A stretch of 35,771 nucleotides of DNA from a virus (IMGVR_UViG_2897328257_000002); one strand, 5' to 3'; numbered from the stretch's first letter, positions 9,189 to 18,207 are shown. Numbers and translations are program-made. Notes: generated by a model not told the origin, from the letters alone.

Positions 9189-9229
9189 ATGTCATGCAGG
9201 CGCATGAAAACCGCTACATAAAGCGGGCA

Positions 9230-9248
9230 GGCGTGGCGGGGATACGAT
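9230..9248. other. Probable cos site (cohesive-end sequence GGCGTGGCGGGGATACGAT)
   Basis: Matches the P2/186 cohesive-end 19-mers as recalled (GGCGAGGCGGGGAAAGCAC / GGCGTGGCGGGGAAAGCAT) in the first 13 nt, and is followed by TGCGCGCT as at the recalled P2 left end. Sits in a GC-normal intergenic stretch between A-side cargo and the Q/P packaging genes. Confidence 0.5.
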
Positions 9249-9316
9249 TGCGCGCTAGGTATAAGTGTGTAAAATAATTCCAAAATAAATCATCCTAATG
9301 AAGTGAGAGGGTAATA

Positions 9317-10966
9317 ATGTTAGTCAAGAAAAATAAAAATTATAGTTTATATTTTTTAATTACAAATAATCAACAGATATCTGATTCTGGTAATTATATA
9401 AAAATAGTCCCATCAAGAAGCGATTGGAATGATTTTGGATATTTGAGTAGAGTCGAAATATCTATTTTTAATAAAAAAGAGTGTAAGGATATAATTTCAC
9501 TGAATGGTTATATTGGTTTTTTGAATTCAGAGGAGGAACGAAATGGAAAAGCAGAACTGATAAGGCGAGTGAAGAAAAAGGAAGAATCTAATTTAAAGGA
9601 TGAGGGGTTTAATGATTATTTTGTCATGCTTCAGGATATGAATAATTATCGAAGACTAGTAAGATTTTTTGGGGTGAATGAATCCAAATATATATTAAAT
9701 TTCATTAATGATGTTGTTTCTAAGAAAAGTGACGCTAGTGCAGAGAATTTGAGGAAAAAAGCAATCTCTTCTGATATCTTTAATAAATCTTTCATTAGAG
9801 AGTCTGAGTCGTATTTTACTTTCAAAAATGCAGGAACAGTTCTTTCCGGTATTCAATATGAGGAGTTGGGTAATTTATCACAGCACATCAAGATTAGCTA
9901 TTCGAATAAAGTTAATGAAGAAGATGTATCTTATGTTTTTAATTTTGATCACGAGCATGATTTACCAAAAAGAATTTCCATAATTATAGGCGAGAATGGT
10001 GTAGGAAAAAGCCAAACGCTTAGAGAAATCGCATTGGCTGCGATTAAAGGAAAGGATAATTTGGTGGCTGTAGTTGATTCTAACGGTGTAAGCATTGAAG
10101 AACGAATTCAAATTAGTAGGCTCATTGCTTTTTCTCCAACAAATGAAAGTAAGTGTTCATTTCCAACCGATAAAAGAATAAAATCATTGATATGGTACAA
10201 AAGATTGACTTTAAATCGTGAATCAAAATCCAAATTAAACTTGAATGATTTAATAGTGCAACTAGCGAGGAGTAACGACGCTATCGGCTATAATCAAAGG
10301 TGGAATATATTTGTTGATGCACTGAGTGTTCTAAATAGTAACAACGATTTAGTAATCAAATGTAGCGGTGAAAATTCACCATTTGTTAAATTAAATGAGC
10401 TTAATTCTCGAGGCGAAGAATCCAGACTATCATTATATTCTGAAATTATTCTCTCTGGCGAGCCTTTGAGGCTTGTTGAAAATAAATGTTACCCTTTGAG
10501 TAGTGGGGAAATATCGTTTATTAAGTTTTGTGTACAAGTCTGTTTGTATATTGAGAATGGGACTCTTCTATTAATAGATGAGCCAGAAACACATCTCCAT
10601 CCTTCATTTATTAATAAATTTATGGCATTGCTTGATAATTTATTAGAAAAGACAGGCTCTTCAGCTATCATAGCAACGCATTCGGTTTATCTTGTTCGGG
10701 AGGTTTTTAAGGAGCAAGTGACAATACTCAGAAGACGAGATGATGGGGTAATTGTTAGCGAAAAACCGAGATTGAGTACTTTTGGGGCGAATATAGGAAA
10801 TATCTCATATTTTGTTTTCGGTGAGAGTGAACCAACTCAAATTTTAAATAAAGTAAAAAATAATATAATTGCAAAGAATATGTCTTGGGATGATGTTGAA
10901 TCTAAATATAGCGAGGACTTATCACTTAATGTATTAACTGCGTTGAGAAATGAAATAGGCAATTGA
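9317..10966 (+). CDS. ABC-type (AAA_15/AAA_21-like) ATPase with ~220-aa N-terminal extension; PtuA-like candidate defence ATPase
   Basis: 549 aa. Walker A GENGVGKS (~residue 225), signature-like LSSGE, Walker B/D-loop LLLIDEPETHLHP, H-loop IIATHS. N-terminal ~220 aa has no recognisable motif. Very AT-rich; stop is 1 nt before the next start. Confidence 0.75.
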   Translation: MLVKKNKNYSLYFLITNNQQISDSGNYIKIVPSRSDWNDFGYLSRVEISIFNKKECKDIISLNGYIGFLNSEEERNGKAELIRRVKKKEESNLKDEGFNDYFVMLQDMNNYRRLVRFFGVNESKYILNFINDVVSKKSDASAENLRKKAISSDIFNKSFIRESESYFTFKNAGTVLSGIQYEELGNLSQHIKISYSNKVNEEDVSYVFNFDHEHDLPKRISIIIGENGVGKSQTLREIALAAIKGKDNLVAVVDSNGVSIEERIQISRLIAFSPTNESKCSFPTDKRIKSLIWYKRLTLNRESKSKLNLNDLIVQLARSNDAIGYNQRWNIFVDALSVLNSNNDLVIKCSGENSPFVKLNELNSRGEESRLSLYSEIILSGEPLRLVENKCYPLSSGEISFIKFCVQVCLYIENGTLLLIDEPETHLHPSFINKFMALLDNLLEKTGSSAIIATHSVYLVREVFKEQVTILRRRDDGVIVSEKPRLSTFGANIGNISYFVFGESEPTQILNKVKNNIIAKNMSWDDVESKYSEDLSLNVLTALRNEIGN

Positions 10967-10967
10967 A

Positions 10968-11831
10968 ATGAATAAATTAAAAAGACCTGTTTTTAAAGAT
11001 TATTCTGCATTTAAAAAACTATCTGCAAATAAGAGATTAAAACATCATTCTGTTCTGAATGGACAGGATACATTTATACTTAATGCATATAGATCGTACA
11101 TAAAGAATAAAGGATATCTTAATGTCAATTCTTGTGGCGTATTGAGTAACAATATTGCTGAAGCTTTGAAATATTATTATAACAATCCCGCAAAGTGTTT
11201 ATCTATAATTGATGATATAAGAGCAGCTAATTCTAATTCTCTATGTCCAATGTGTGGTTCAATGCATAGCGGGACTTTGGATCATGTTTTACCCAAGGAA
11301 AACTATCCAGAATTTTCTTTATTCACTAAGAATTTGGTTCCTGCTTGCAAATGTAATACTTTCAAAAGTACTACTATAGCTAATTCTGCAGGCCATCGGA
11401 TGCTGCATCCATATTTTGATAATATATTAAAAAAAAGATTAATATGTGCTAATTTTTCTAAATTAGGGCGAACACCTACAATTGATGTAAAAATCATAAT
11501 TGACCCAATGTCACCAGAATATAACAATGTTAAGTATCATCTTGATAATGTTGTTATCAAGAATAATATTAAGGGGTATTTGTCTGAACAATGGGAGTCG
11601 TTTTACTTATATCCTGAGCTTGTTATTAGAGGACTGAATAAGAGTCTTTCTACTTATAGCGATGTATATGAGTTGTTGACTCGCGAGTTGTTGCTGTTGG
11701 ATGAAAAACATAAAGGTAAAAATAATTGGAATTCGGTTTTTGTAGCTGGGTTAATTCGACCTGATGTGATTAGGTGGATACTCTGTGAATTACATTTAGG
11801 TAACAGAAGTCCAGACGGTCGTCTCATATGA
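10968..11831 (+). CDS. HNH endonuclease-domain protein; PtuB-like candidate defence nuclease
   Basis: 287 aa with CPMCGSMHSGTLDHVLPKENYP...NLVPACKCN...H...LHPYF, an HNH core with cysteine zinc-binding pairs. Translationally coupled to the upstream ATPase. Confidence 0.7.
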   Translation: MNKLKRPVFKDYSAFKKLSANKRLKHHSVLNGQDTFILNAYRSYIKNKGYLNVNSCGVLSNNIAEALKYYYNNPAKCLSIIDDIRAANSNSLCPMCGSMHSGTLDHVLPKENYPEFSLFTKNLVPACKCNTFKSTTIANSAGHRMLHPYFDNILKKRLICANFSKLGRTPTIDVKIIIDPMSPEYNNVKYHLDNVVIKNNIKGYLSEQWESFYLYPELVIRGLNKSLSTYSDVYELLTRELLLLDEKHKGKNNWNSVFVAGLIRPDVIRWILCELHLGNRSPDGRLI

Positions 11832-11841
11832 TTTTTTGCAT

Positions 11842-11867
11842 CTTCAGCGTGTATCTGCACGCTGAAG
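11842..11867. other. Perfect 10-bp inverted repeat (CTTCAGCGTG - TATCTG - CACGCTGAAG) between the HNH gene and the Q stop
   Basis: Seen directly; T-run lies on the 5' side on the plus strand, so not a canonical terminator for either flanking gene. Possible cassette boundary or protein-binding site. Confidence 0.4.
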
Positions 11868-11938
11868 AAATTCATAAAAACTGCTGGCTATTAATAACTT
11901 TTTTTAGTTGTGTTAAAGAACCTCATTTAGTTATTACG

Positions 11939-12970
11939 TTAAGTAGCTAGTTTATAACTATCAAATTTAACAATGTTCTCACTTACCAATTTATTTATTT
12001 CCATCATTCTTTTTTGTAACGGTATTAACTCGTTACGTACAAACACCAGGCTCGCCTTCTCCACATCCCCAAACCCCCCGACATTATTAGGCATAATCCC
12101 CATCATTTGCGGTGGCACACGATGCGCCGCCATCATGTCATCCCGGCTCACGTTCTTGATGTTCAGAAACTCATCCTTCGCCGCGACTTCTGACAACGGG
12201 ATGATCTGAAGCCCGTCCTTTTTGCCGTTAGGCGAGTACATAAACAGATTGCGGAAGTTACCTGGTCCTTTGGCGCTTTTCATCGCATTGCGGAGGTTGT
12301 TCACATCCTCCTGGTTTTGCGCGGCATCGGTCATGTACATGATGAAGCCTGCATGACTGCCGTTAATGTAATACTTTCGGCGGAACAGCGTGGCGGACTC
12401 GTTGAGCAGGGCTGACGGAATGGCAGAAAGGTAACCTGGCAGGCCGTAGATCTCCTGGTTGATGTCCGGTTCCATCAGATGAAAAATGCTGCCTTTCGTG
12501 AACTGATACGGCTGGGTTGTCATACCGTATTGCACAAACCAGTAGGTATCCAGGTCTAACCCGCGTCGGGTGTATTTTGCCAGAGCAGGCTCAAGAGCGA
12601 TGACCTCTCCGAACCGGTTTGTGCGTTTCTCCAGGTAAGCGTTACCAAATACCAGATAATCCTGCACAAAACGTGAAAAAGCCTGCTGGCTGAGCAGCGG
12701 GTGAGGGATGTAGGTACTGGTCAGAATGTTGCACTTTACTGCAATCGGGGAGCTATGATGTACGGCAGCGCGGAAGGTTCGCGCCAGTCCGTCAAAACTC
12801 ACTGGCGGCTCATACCAGCGATCTGTCTGTACGCATTCCACATAGTCCAGTAGTTCACGGCGGTCCAGAACCGGAACGGGATCGCCGAAGCTGAATGCTT
12901 CGGCTGAAGCCTGGTTTTTATGCTGGATCTGTTTCGTCGACGCAGCGCGGTTTTTCTTACTCTTTCCCAT
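11939..12970 (-). CDS. Q: Portal protein (P2 gpQ family)
   Basis: 343 aa from ATG 12968..12970; start overlaps the P stop (TGATG); size and order (Q downstream of P, both leftward) as in P2. Confidence 0.9.
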   Translation of the reverse strand: MGKSKKNRAASTKQIQHKNQASAEAFSFGDPVPVLDRRELLDYVECVQTDRWYEPPVSFDGLARTFRAAVHHSSPIAVKCNILTSTYIPHPLLSQQAFSRFVQDYLVFGNAYLEKRTNRFGEVIALEPALAKYTRRGLDLDTYWFVQYGMTTQPYQFTKGSIFHLMEPDINQEIYGLPGYLSAIPSALLNESATLFRRKYYINGSHAGFIMYMTDAAQNQEDVNNLRNAMKSAKGPGNFRNLFMYSPNGKKDGLQIIPLSEVAAKDEFLNIKNVSRDDMMAAHRVPPQMMGIMPNNVGGFGDVEKASLVFVRNELIPLQKRMMEINKLVSENIVKFDSYKLAT

Positions 12971-14736
12971 CAAAAAATCTCCACAATATTGCTGGTATTG
13001 GCGGATTCGCCCTGCAGCGGTTCGTTAAACAATGCGTGCATCGTTGCCCAGGCCAGATCGGCGTGGCTGGCTTCTTCGCTGCGGCTGGCTTCATAGGTTG
13101 GGCGGTTGCCACTGGCGGTGGTGGCGCGACGGATTGCCATGAATGACTGCGCAATGTCGGTGTGCCCGGCGTCAAACTCCAGACGGCGGTGGCTGATAAT
13201 GTCGTAGGCCTTGAGTACCAGGGCGTTTTTAACGTTGGGGTTGTAGACAAACTCCCGGACGGCAGGAAAGAACGCTTTCACGTTCTCATAAACCCCGTGA
13301 CCAACGCCGGTCGAGTCGATACCGATGTATGTCACGTTGTACTGTTCAGTCAGTTTTTTGATGGCATCAGCCTGGGCGCGAAAGTCCATCCCGCGCCACT
13401 GGTGACGCTCAAGAATGCGGAACTTGCCGCCCGGCACGGCTGGCGGAGCCACCACCACGCATCCGGCACTGTCGCCGTTCTGCGTACCTTTTGCCGGGTC
13501 ATAACCGATCCACACTTCGCGCCAGCCAAACGGGCGCAGGGCCAGTGCATGAAAATCGGTCCAGACTTCCCAGCTGTCCACCATACACGCCTGCAGTTCG
13601 CTGAGCGGGAACACGGACGCGAGATCGTCCACAAACTCGCACATCAGCAGGTTCTGGTATTCGTCCGGGCTGTACTCCATGCGCAACTGGTCAAGGTCGA
13701 ACAGGTTACAGCCGCCGCGCACTGCATCTTCCACGGTGACTATCTGGCGGTACTGCCCGTCTGCGCACAGCAGGCCGGGGGCCAGATTGCTGTGGGACAG
13801 GTCGATGTCCACCTTATCGGCTTTATTGCGCCCACGGTTGAACAGCGCACCGGACCAGAACGGATAAGCACTGTGTGTCAGGCTGGATGGCGTGGAAAAA
13901 TAGGTTTGTCGCCATTTTTTGTGGATAGCCATACCGGAAGCCACTTTGCGCAGCTCCTGGAATTTCGGTATCCAGAAATATTCATCCAGATACAGGTTGC
14001 CGTGGTAACTCTGGGCCGTGCGGGCATTGGTGCCGAGGAAGTAAAGCGTGGCTCCGTTAGGAAGCACCATCGGATCGCCTTTCAGCTCCACCTCGACTTC
14101 TTTGGCGAAGTCTATGATGTACTGCTTAAAGACGTGAGCCTGTGCCTTGCTGGCGGAAAGAAAAATCTGGTTACGTCCGGTAAGCAGAGCGTCAATCAGG
14201 GCTTCACGGGCAAAGTAAAAGGTCGCGCCGATCTGGCGTGACTTCAGCAGGTTGCGGATGCGGTTGGTTTTTCCGGCTTCCCACCAGTGGCGCTGGTAGT
14301 TAAACATGGAGGAATGGAAGATTTCTTCCAGCTTCTCAATCTGCTCATCGGTGAAAACATTCTTTTCCGGCTGACGGCGCGGGCCTTTGTTGCGGTTGGC
14401 GACGTTAGGGTTTAAGTCGGCTTCGTTGCCGCCATTGTTAAACTTGCCGATCCGCGCGTGGCGCTCCGACTGGCGCGCCAGCAGGTCAATTTCTTTGAAA
14501 TCTTTCCCTTCTTTGTGCTCCTTCATAATGAGCTGGCAGTAGCGTGCGGCGGTGGTGAGCTGCATCTGATCCAGCGGCCCATAGTCACCCCACTTGTCGC
14601 GTTTTTTCCAGCTGTGAACGGTTGCAACTTTCTCGCCCAGCATTTCAGCAATGCGGGCGACGCGGTATCCCTGAAAGTACAGCAGCATGGCCTGCCGACG
14701 GGGATAGAGATCTGCGGGTGTCAGTGTGGTGTTCAT
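12970..14736 (-). CDS. P: Terminase large (ATPase) subunit (P2 gpP family)
   Basis: 588 aa, close to P2 gpP size; divergent from the capsid operon, upstream of Q. Confidence 0.9.
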   Translation of the reverse strand: MNTTLTPADLYPRRQAMLLYFQGYRVARIAEMLGEKVATVHSWKKRDKWGDYGPLDQMQLTTAARYCQLIMKEHKEGKDFKEIDLLARQSERHARIGKFNNGGNEADLNPNVANRNKGPRRQPEKNVFTDEQIEKLEEIFHSSMFNYQRHWWEAGKTNRIRNLLKSRQIGATFYFAREALIDALLTGRNQIFLSASKAQAHVFKQYIIDFAKEVEVELKGDPMVLPNGATLYFLGTNARTAQSYHGNLYLDEYFWIPKFQELRKVASGMAIHKKWRQTYFSTPSSLTHSAYPFWSGALFNRGRNKADKVDIDLSHSNLAPGLLCADGQYRQIVTVEDAVRGGCNLFDLDQLRMEYSPDEYQNLLMCEFVDDLASVFPLSELQACMVDSWEVWTDFHALALRPFGWREVWIGYDPAKGTQNGDSAGCVVVAPPAVPGGKFRILERHQWRGMDFRAQADAIKKLTEQYNVTYIGIDSTGVGHGVYENVKAFFPAVREFVYNPNVKNALVLKAYDIISHRRLEFDAGHTDIAQSFMAIRRATTASGNRPTYEASRSEEASHADLAWATMHALFNEPLQGESANTSNIVEIF

Positions 14737-14782
14737 GGCACAAACCTACAGCCTTGAATGACGGCTTTCCCCGCCTGCGGTT

Positions 14783-14800
14783 TGTGTGGTTGTCGGTACA
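14783..14800. promoter_or_regulatory. Late-promoter activator dyad TGT-N12-ACA (TGTGTGGTTGTCGGTACA), candidate Ogr binding site
   Basis: Exact TGT-N12-ACA dyad in the P/O divergent intergenic region, about 80 bp upstream of the O start; shares TGTGTG...CGGTACA with the dyad upstream of FI. Confidence 0.55.
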
Positions 14801-14878
14801 AATACCGCGCATTGTTTCACTGCCCCCATCACCGCAACCATAAGGCTCCAGTAAGTTTTTTCTAACGGAGCACGGCTC

Positions 14879-15712
14879 ATGACAGTGAAAGCAAAGCGTT
14901 TTCGCATCGGGGTGGAAGGTGCCACCACCGACGGACGCGAAATCCAGCGTGAATGGCTGGAACAGATGGCAGCCAGCTACAACCCGGCAATGTATACCGC
15001 GCTGATTAACCTTGAGCACATCAAGTCTTATCTGCCGGACAGCACCTTTAACCGCTACGGCAAGGTGACGGCGCTGTTTGCTGAAGAAATCACGGAAGGT
15101 CCGCTGGCAGGCAAGATGGCGCTGTATGCCGACGTTGAGCCAACAGAATCTCTGGTGGAGCTGGTGAAAAAAGGCCAGAAATTATTCACCTCTATGGAAG
15201 TCAGCCCGAAGTTTGCTGATACGGGCAAAGCCTACCTGGTTGGCCTGGCTGCCACTGATGATCCAGCCAGTCTGGGTACGGAAATGCTGACATTCAGCGC
15301 CTGTGCAGCCCATAACCCGCTGGCAAACCGCAAGCAGAATTCCGCCAATCTTTTTACCGCTGCAGAGGAAACGGTGATCGAACTGGAAGAAGTCCAGGAT
15401 GACAAACCATCCCTGTTTGCCCGCGTCACGGCGCTGTTTACCAAAAAAGAGCAGTCCGATGACGCCCGGTTCTCTGATGTGCATAAGGCCGTGGAGCTGG
15501 TCGCCACTGAGCAGCAGAACCTGAGCGCACGCACCGAAAAATCCCTGTCTGAGCAGGAAGAACGCCTGTCTGAGCTGGAGACTGCCCTGCAGGCACAGCA
15601 AACCGCCTTTAACGAACTGGTGGACAAGCTGAGTCATGAAGACAGCCGCCAGGACTACCGCCAGCGTGCAACAGGCGGTAACGCCCCCGCTGACACTCTG
15701 ACCAATTGCTGA
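14879..15712 (+). CDS. O: Capsid scaffolding protein (P2 gpO family)
   Basis: 277 aa, acidic coiled-coil-rich C-terminal half; first gene of the rightward head operon. Confidence 0.85.
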   Translation: MTVKAKRFRIGVEGATTDGREIQREWLEQMAASYNPAMYTALINLEHIKSYLPDSTFNRYGKVTALFAEEITEGPLAGKMALYADVEPTESLVELVKKGQKLFTSMEVSPKFADTGKAYLVGLAATDDPASLGTEMLTFSACAAHNPLANRKQNSANLFTAAEETVIELEEVQDDKPSLFARVTALFTKKEQSDDARFSDVHKAVELVATEQQNLSARTEKSLSEQEERLSELETALQAQQTAFNELVDKLSHEDSRQDYRQRATGGNAPADTLTNC

Positions 15713-15728
15713 TGGAGCATAAAACCCG

Positions 15729-16787
15729 ATGAAGAAGAATACCCGCTTTGCTTTTAACGCTTACCTGCAGCAGCTGGCGCGTCTGAACGGTGTGGCAGTT
15801 GAAGAACTGTCCAGCAAGTTCACCGTGGAGCCGTCTGTGCAGCAGACGCTGGAAGACCAGATCCAGCAGTCCGCCGCTTTCCTGACGCTGATTAACGTCA
15901 CGCCAGTGACTGAGCAGTCCGGTCAGCTGCTGGGGCTGGGTGTTGGCAGCACCATTGCCGGAACCACTGACACCACCGCGAAAGAGCGTGAACCTGTCGA
16001 TCCGACGCTGATGGTCGATGTGGAATATAAATGCGAACAGACCAACTTTGATACGGTGCTGACCTACGCGAAGCTGGACCTGTGGGCGAAGTTTCAGGAT
16101 TTCCAGGTGCGTATCCGTAACGCCATCGTGAAACGTCAGGCACTGGATCGCATCATGATCGGCTTTAACGGCGTGAAGCGAGCGAAAACCTCCAACCGTA
16201 GCGAAAACCCGCTGCTGCAGGATGTGAACAAAGGCTGGCTGCAGAAAATCCGTGAGGATGCACCGGATCACGTCATGGGCAGCACCACCACGGGCGGTGA
16301 AACCACACCGGGTGCGGTGAAAGTCGGGAAAGGTGGCGAATATGCCAACCTGGACGCCGTGGTGATGGATGCGGTCAATGAGCTTATCGACGTGGTCTAC
16401 CAGGACGATGACGATCTGGTGGTGATTTGCGGTCGTGAGCTGCTGTCTGACAAGTATTTCCCGCTGGTCAACAAAGAGCAGGAAAACAGTGAAAAACTCG
16501 CTGCCGATATGATCATCAGTCAGAAACGCATGGGTGGCCTGCAGGCCGTGCGTGCGCCGTTCTTCCCGCCGAATACGCTGCTAATCACCCGTCTGGATAA
16601 CCTGTCCATCTACTGGCAGGAAGACACCCGCCGCCGTTCAGTTATCGACAACCCGAAACGTGACCGGATTGAAAATTTTGAATCCGTTAACGAAGCCTAT
16701 GTGGTTGAGGACTACCGCTGTGCTGCACTGGTGGAAAACATCCAGATTGGCGATTTTAGCGCCGCTGCAGCCGAAGCCGGAGCGTAA
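15729..16787 (+). CDS. N: Major capsid protein (P2 gpN family)
   Basis: 352 aa following the scaffold gene; size and order as P2 N. Confidence 0.9.
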   Translation: MKKNTRFAFNAYLQQLARLNGVAVEELSSKFTVEPSVQQTLEDQIQQSAAFLTLINVTPVTEQSGQLLGLGVGSTIAGTTDTTAKEREPVDPTLMVDVEYKCEQTNFDTVLTYAKLDLWAKFQDFQVRIRNAIVKRQALDRIMIGFNGVKRAKTSNRSENPLLQDVNKGWLQKIREDAPDHVMGSTTTGGETTPGAVKVGKGGEYANLDAVVMDAVNELIDVVYQDDDDLVVICGRELLSDKYFPLVNKEQENSEKLAADMIISQKRMGGLQAVRAPFFPPNTLLITRLDNLSIYWQEDTRRRSVIDNPKRDRIENFESVNEAYVVEDYRCAALVENIQIGDFSAAAAEAGA

Positions 16788-16790
16788 CCC

Positions 16791-17441
16791 ATGAGCCTGA
16801 GTCCCGCACGGCAGCATCGCCTGCGCGTTCAGGCTGAACAGGCCGCCCGTGAGGGCGGCAGCGTTCGCCACGCGTCGGGCTATGACCTGATGCTGCTGCA
16901 ACTGGCGGAAGACCGCCGCCGTCTCAAGGGCGTTCAGTCCACGGTCAAAAAAGCGGAAATCAAAGTGGAGCTGCTGCCGAAGTACGCCGCCTGGGCGGAG
17001 GGTGTCCTGGCTGCCGGAGGCGCACAGCAGGATGACGTGCTGATGTATGTGATGCTGTGGCGCATTGATGCCGGAGATTATGCCGGGGCGCTGGAGATCG
17101 GGCGTCATGCCCTGCGTCATGGCTGGGTGATGCCGCTGGGTAACCGCAACGTGCAGACCGTGCTGGCAGAGGAAATGGCAGACGCAGCGCAGAGCGCAAT
17201 GCTTGCCGCCACCGGCTTTGATGCTGATCTGTTGCTGCAGACGCTGGAGCTGACAGACGGTCTGGATATGCCGGACCAGTCACGGGCGCGTCTGCATAAA
17301 GCGATTGGCGCTGTCCTGAGTGAAAGCAATCCGGCTTCCGCCCTTAATCATCTCAACCATGCGTTACAGCTCGATCCCCGCTGTGGCGTGAAAAAAGACA
17401 AACAGCAGCTGGAGCGCAGACTGCGCAATGACAGCCGCTGA
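16791..17441 (+). CDS. M: Terminase small (endonuclease) subunit (P2 gpM family)
   Basis: 216 aa after N; order O-N-M conserved. Confidence 0.8.
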   Translation: MSLSPARQHRLRVQAEQAAREGGSVRHASGYDLMLLQLAEDRRRLKGVQSTVKKAEIKVELLPKYAAWAEGVLAAGGAQQDDVLMYVMLWRIDAGDYAGALEIGRHALRHGWVMPLGNRNVQTVLAEEMADAAQSAMLAATGFDADLLLQTLELTDGLDMPDQSRARLHKAIGAVLSESNPASALNHLNHALQLDPRCGVKKDKQQLERRLRNDSR

Positions 17442-17536
17442 CAGAACGTGCCCCCGCGCACGGGCGGCACGGGGTGGCGAAAGGCACTGCCACATCAAAA
17501 CCCCGTCCACCGCCCTTTATTTCAGGAGAAAGCAGC

Positions 17537-18001
17537 ATGAAGTTTGTTGCGCCAGAACAGGCACCGGAACAGGCGGAAATCATCAGAAATACGCCGTTCT
17601 GGCCTGATGTGGACCTGTCGGAGTTTCGCAGTGTCATGCGCACTGACGGCACGGTGACGCAGCCGCGTTTAAAGCAGGTTGCGCTGTCGGCAATTTCGGA
17701 GGTCAACGCAGAGCTGTATGAGTTTCGCAGACGCCAGCAGATGCTGGGGTATGCCTCGCTGGCAGAAGTCCCGGCGGAACAACTGGACGGCAAAAGCGAG
17801 CGCATTCAGCACTATTTCAACGCGGTTTACTGCTGGGCACGCGCCATGCTCAACGAACGTTACCAGGACTATGACGCCACGGCATCCGGTGCGAAGCGGG
17901 GCGAGGAACTGGCGGAAGCAAGCGGTGATTTATGGCGTGACGCCCGCTGGGCCATCAGCCGGGTGCAGGATGCGCCGCACTGCACAGTGGAGCTTATCTG
18001 A
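17537..18001 (+). CDS. L: Head completion/stabilisation protein (P2 gpL family)
   Basis: ATG at 17537 behind AGGAG (17524..17528); 154 aa; follows M. Confidence 0.8.
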   Translation: MKFVAPEQAPEQAEIIRNTPFWPDVDLSEFRSVMRTDGTVTQPRLKQVALSAISEVNAELYEFRRRQQMLGYASLAEVPAEQLDGKSERIQHYFNAVYCWARAMLNERYQDYDATASGAKRGEELAEASGDLWRDARWAISRVQDAPHCTVELI

Positions 18002-18204
18002 TGAAAGTGCGTGCGCATCAATATGACACGGTGGACGCACTTTGCTGGCGTCATTACGGGCGCACGCAGGGTGTCACGGAGCAGGTACTGAAGGCAAATC
18101 CGGGGCTTGCCGAATATGGCCCCTTTTTACCTCACGGGCTGCAGGTGGAGCTGCCGGACATTCCGACCACCACCACCGTGCAGACCGTCCAGCTATGGGA
18201 CTGA
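18001..18204 (+). CDS. X: Tail protein X (P2 gpX family)
   Basis: 67 aa, the size of P2 gpX; start overlaps the L stop. Confidence 0.8.
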   Translation: MKVRAHQYDTVDALCWRHYGRTQGVTEQVLKANPGLAEYGPFLPHGLQVELPDIPTTTTVQTVQLWD

Positions 18205-18207
18205 ATT

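Noticed and set aside
9317-10966. Identification of the hotspot ATPase as a P2 Old-type or Gabija GajA-type protein
   Set aside because: No TOPRIM-like C-terminal region is evident, and the partner gene is an HNH nuclease rather than a helicase; the architecture fits PtuA/PtuB-type better. This was not verified by profile search.
11832-11938. cos site in the short interval immediately downstream of Q, where it lies in P2
   Set aside because: This interval is AT-rich with no GC-rich 19-mer resembling P2/186 cohesive ends; the matching sequence is at 9230..9248.
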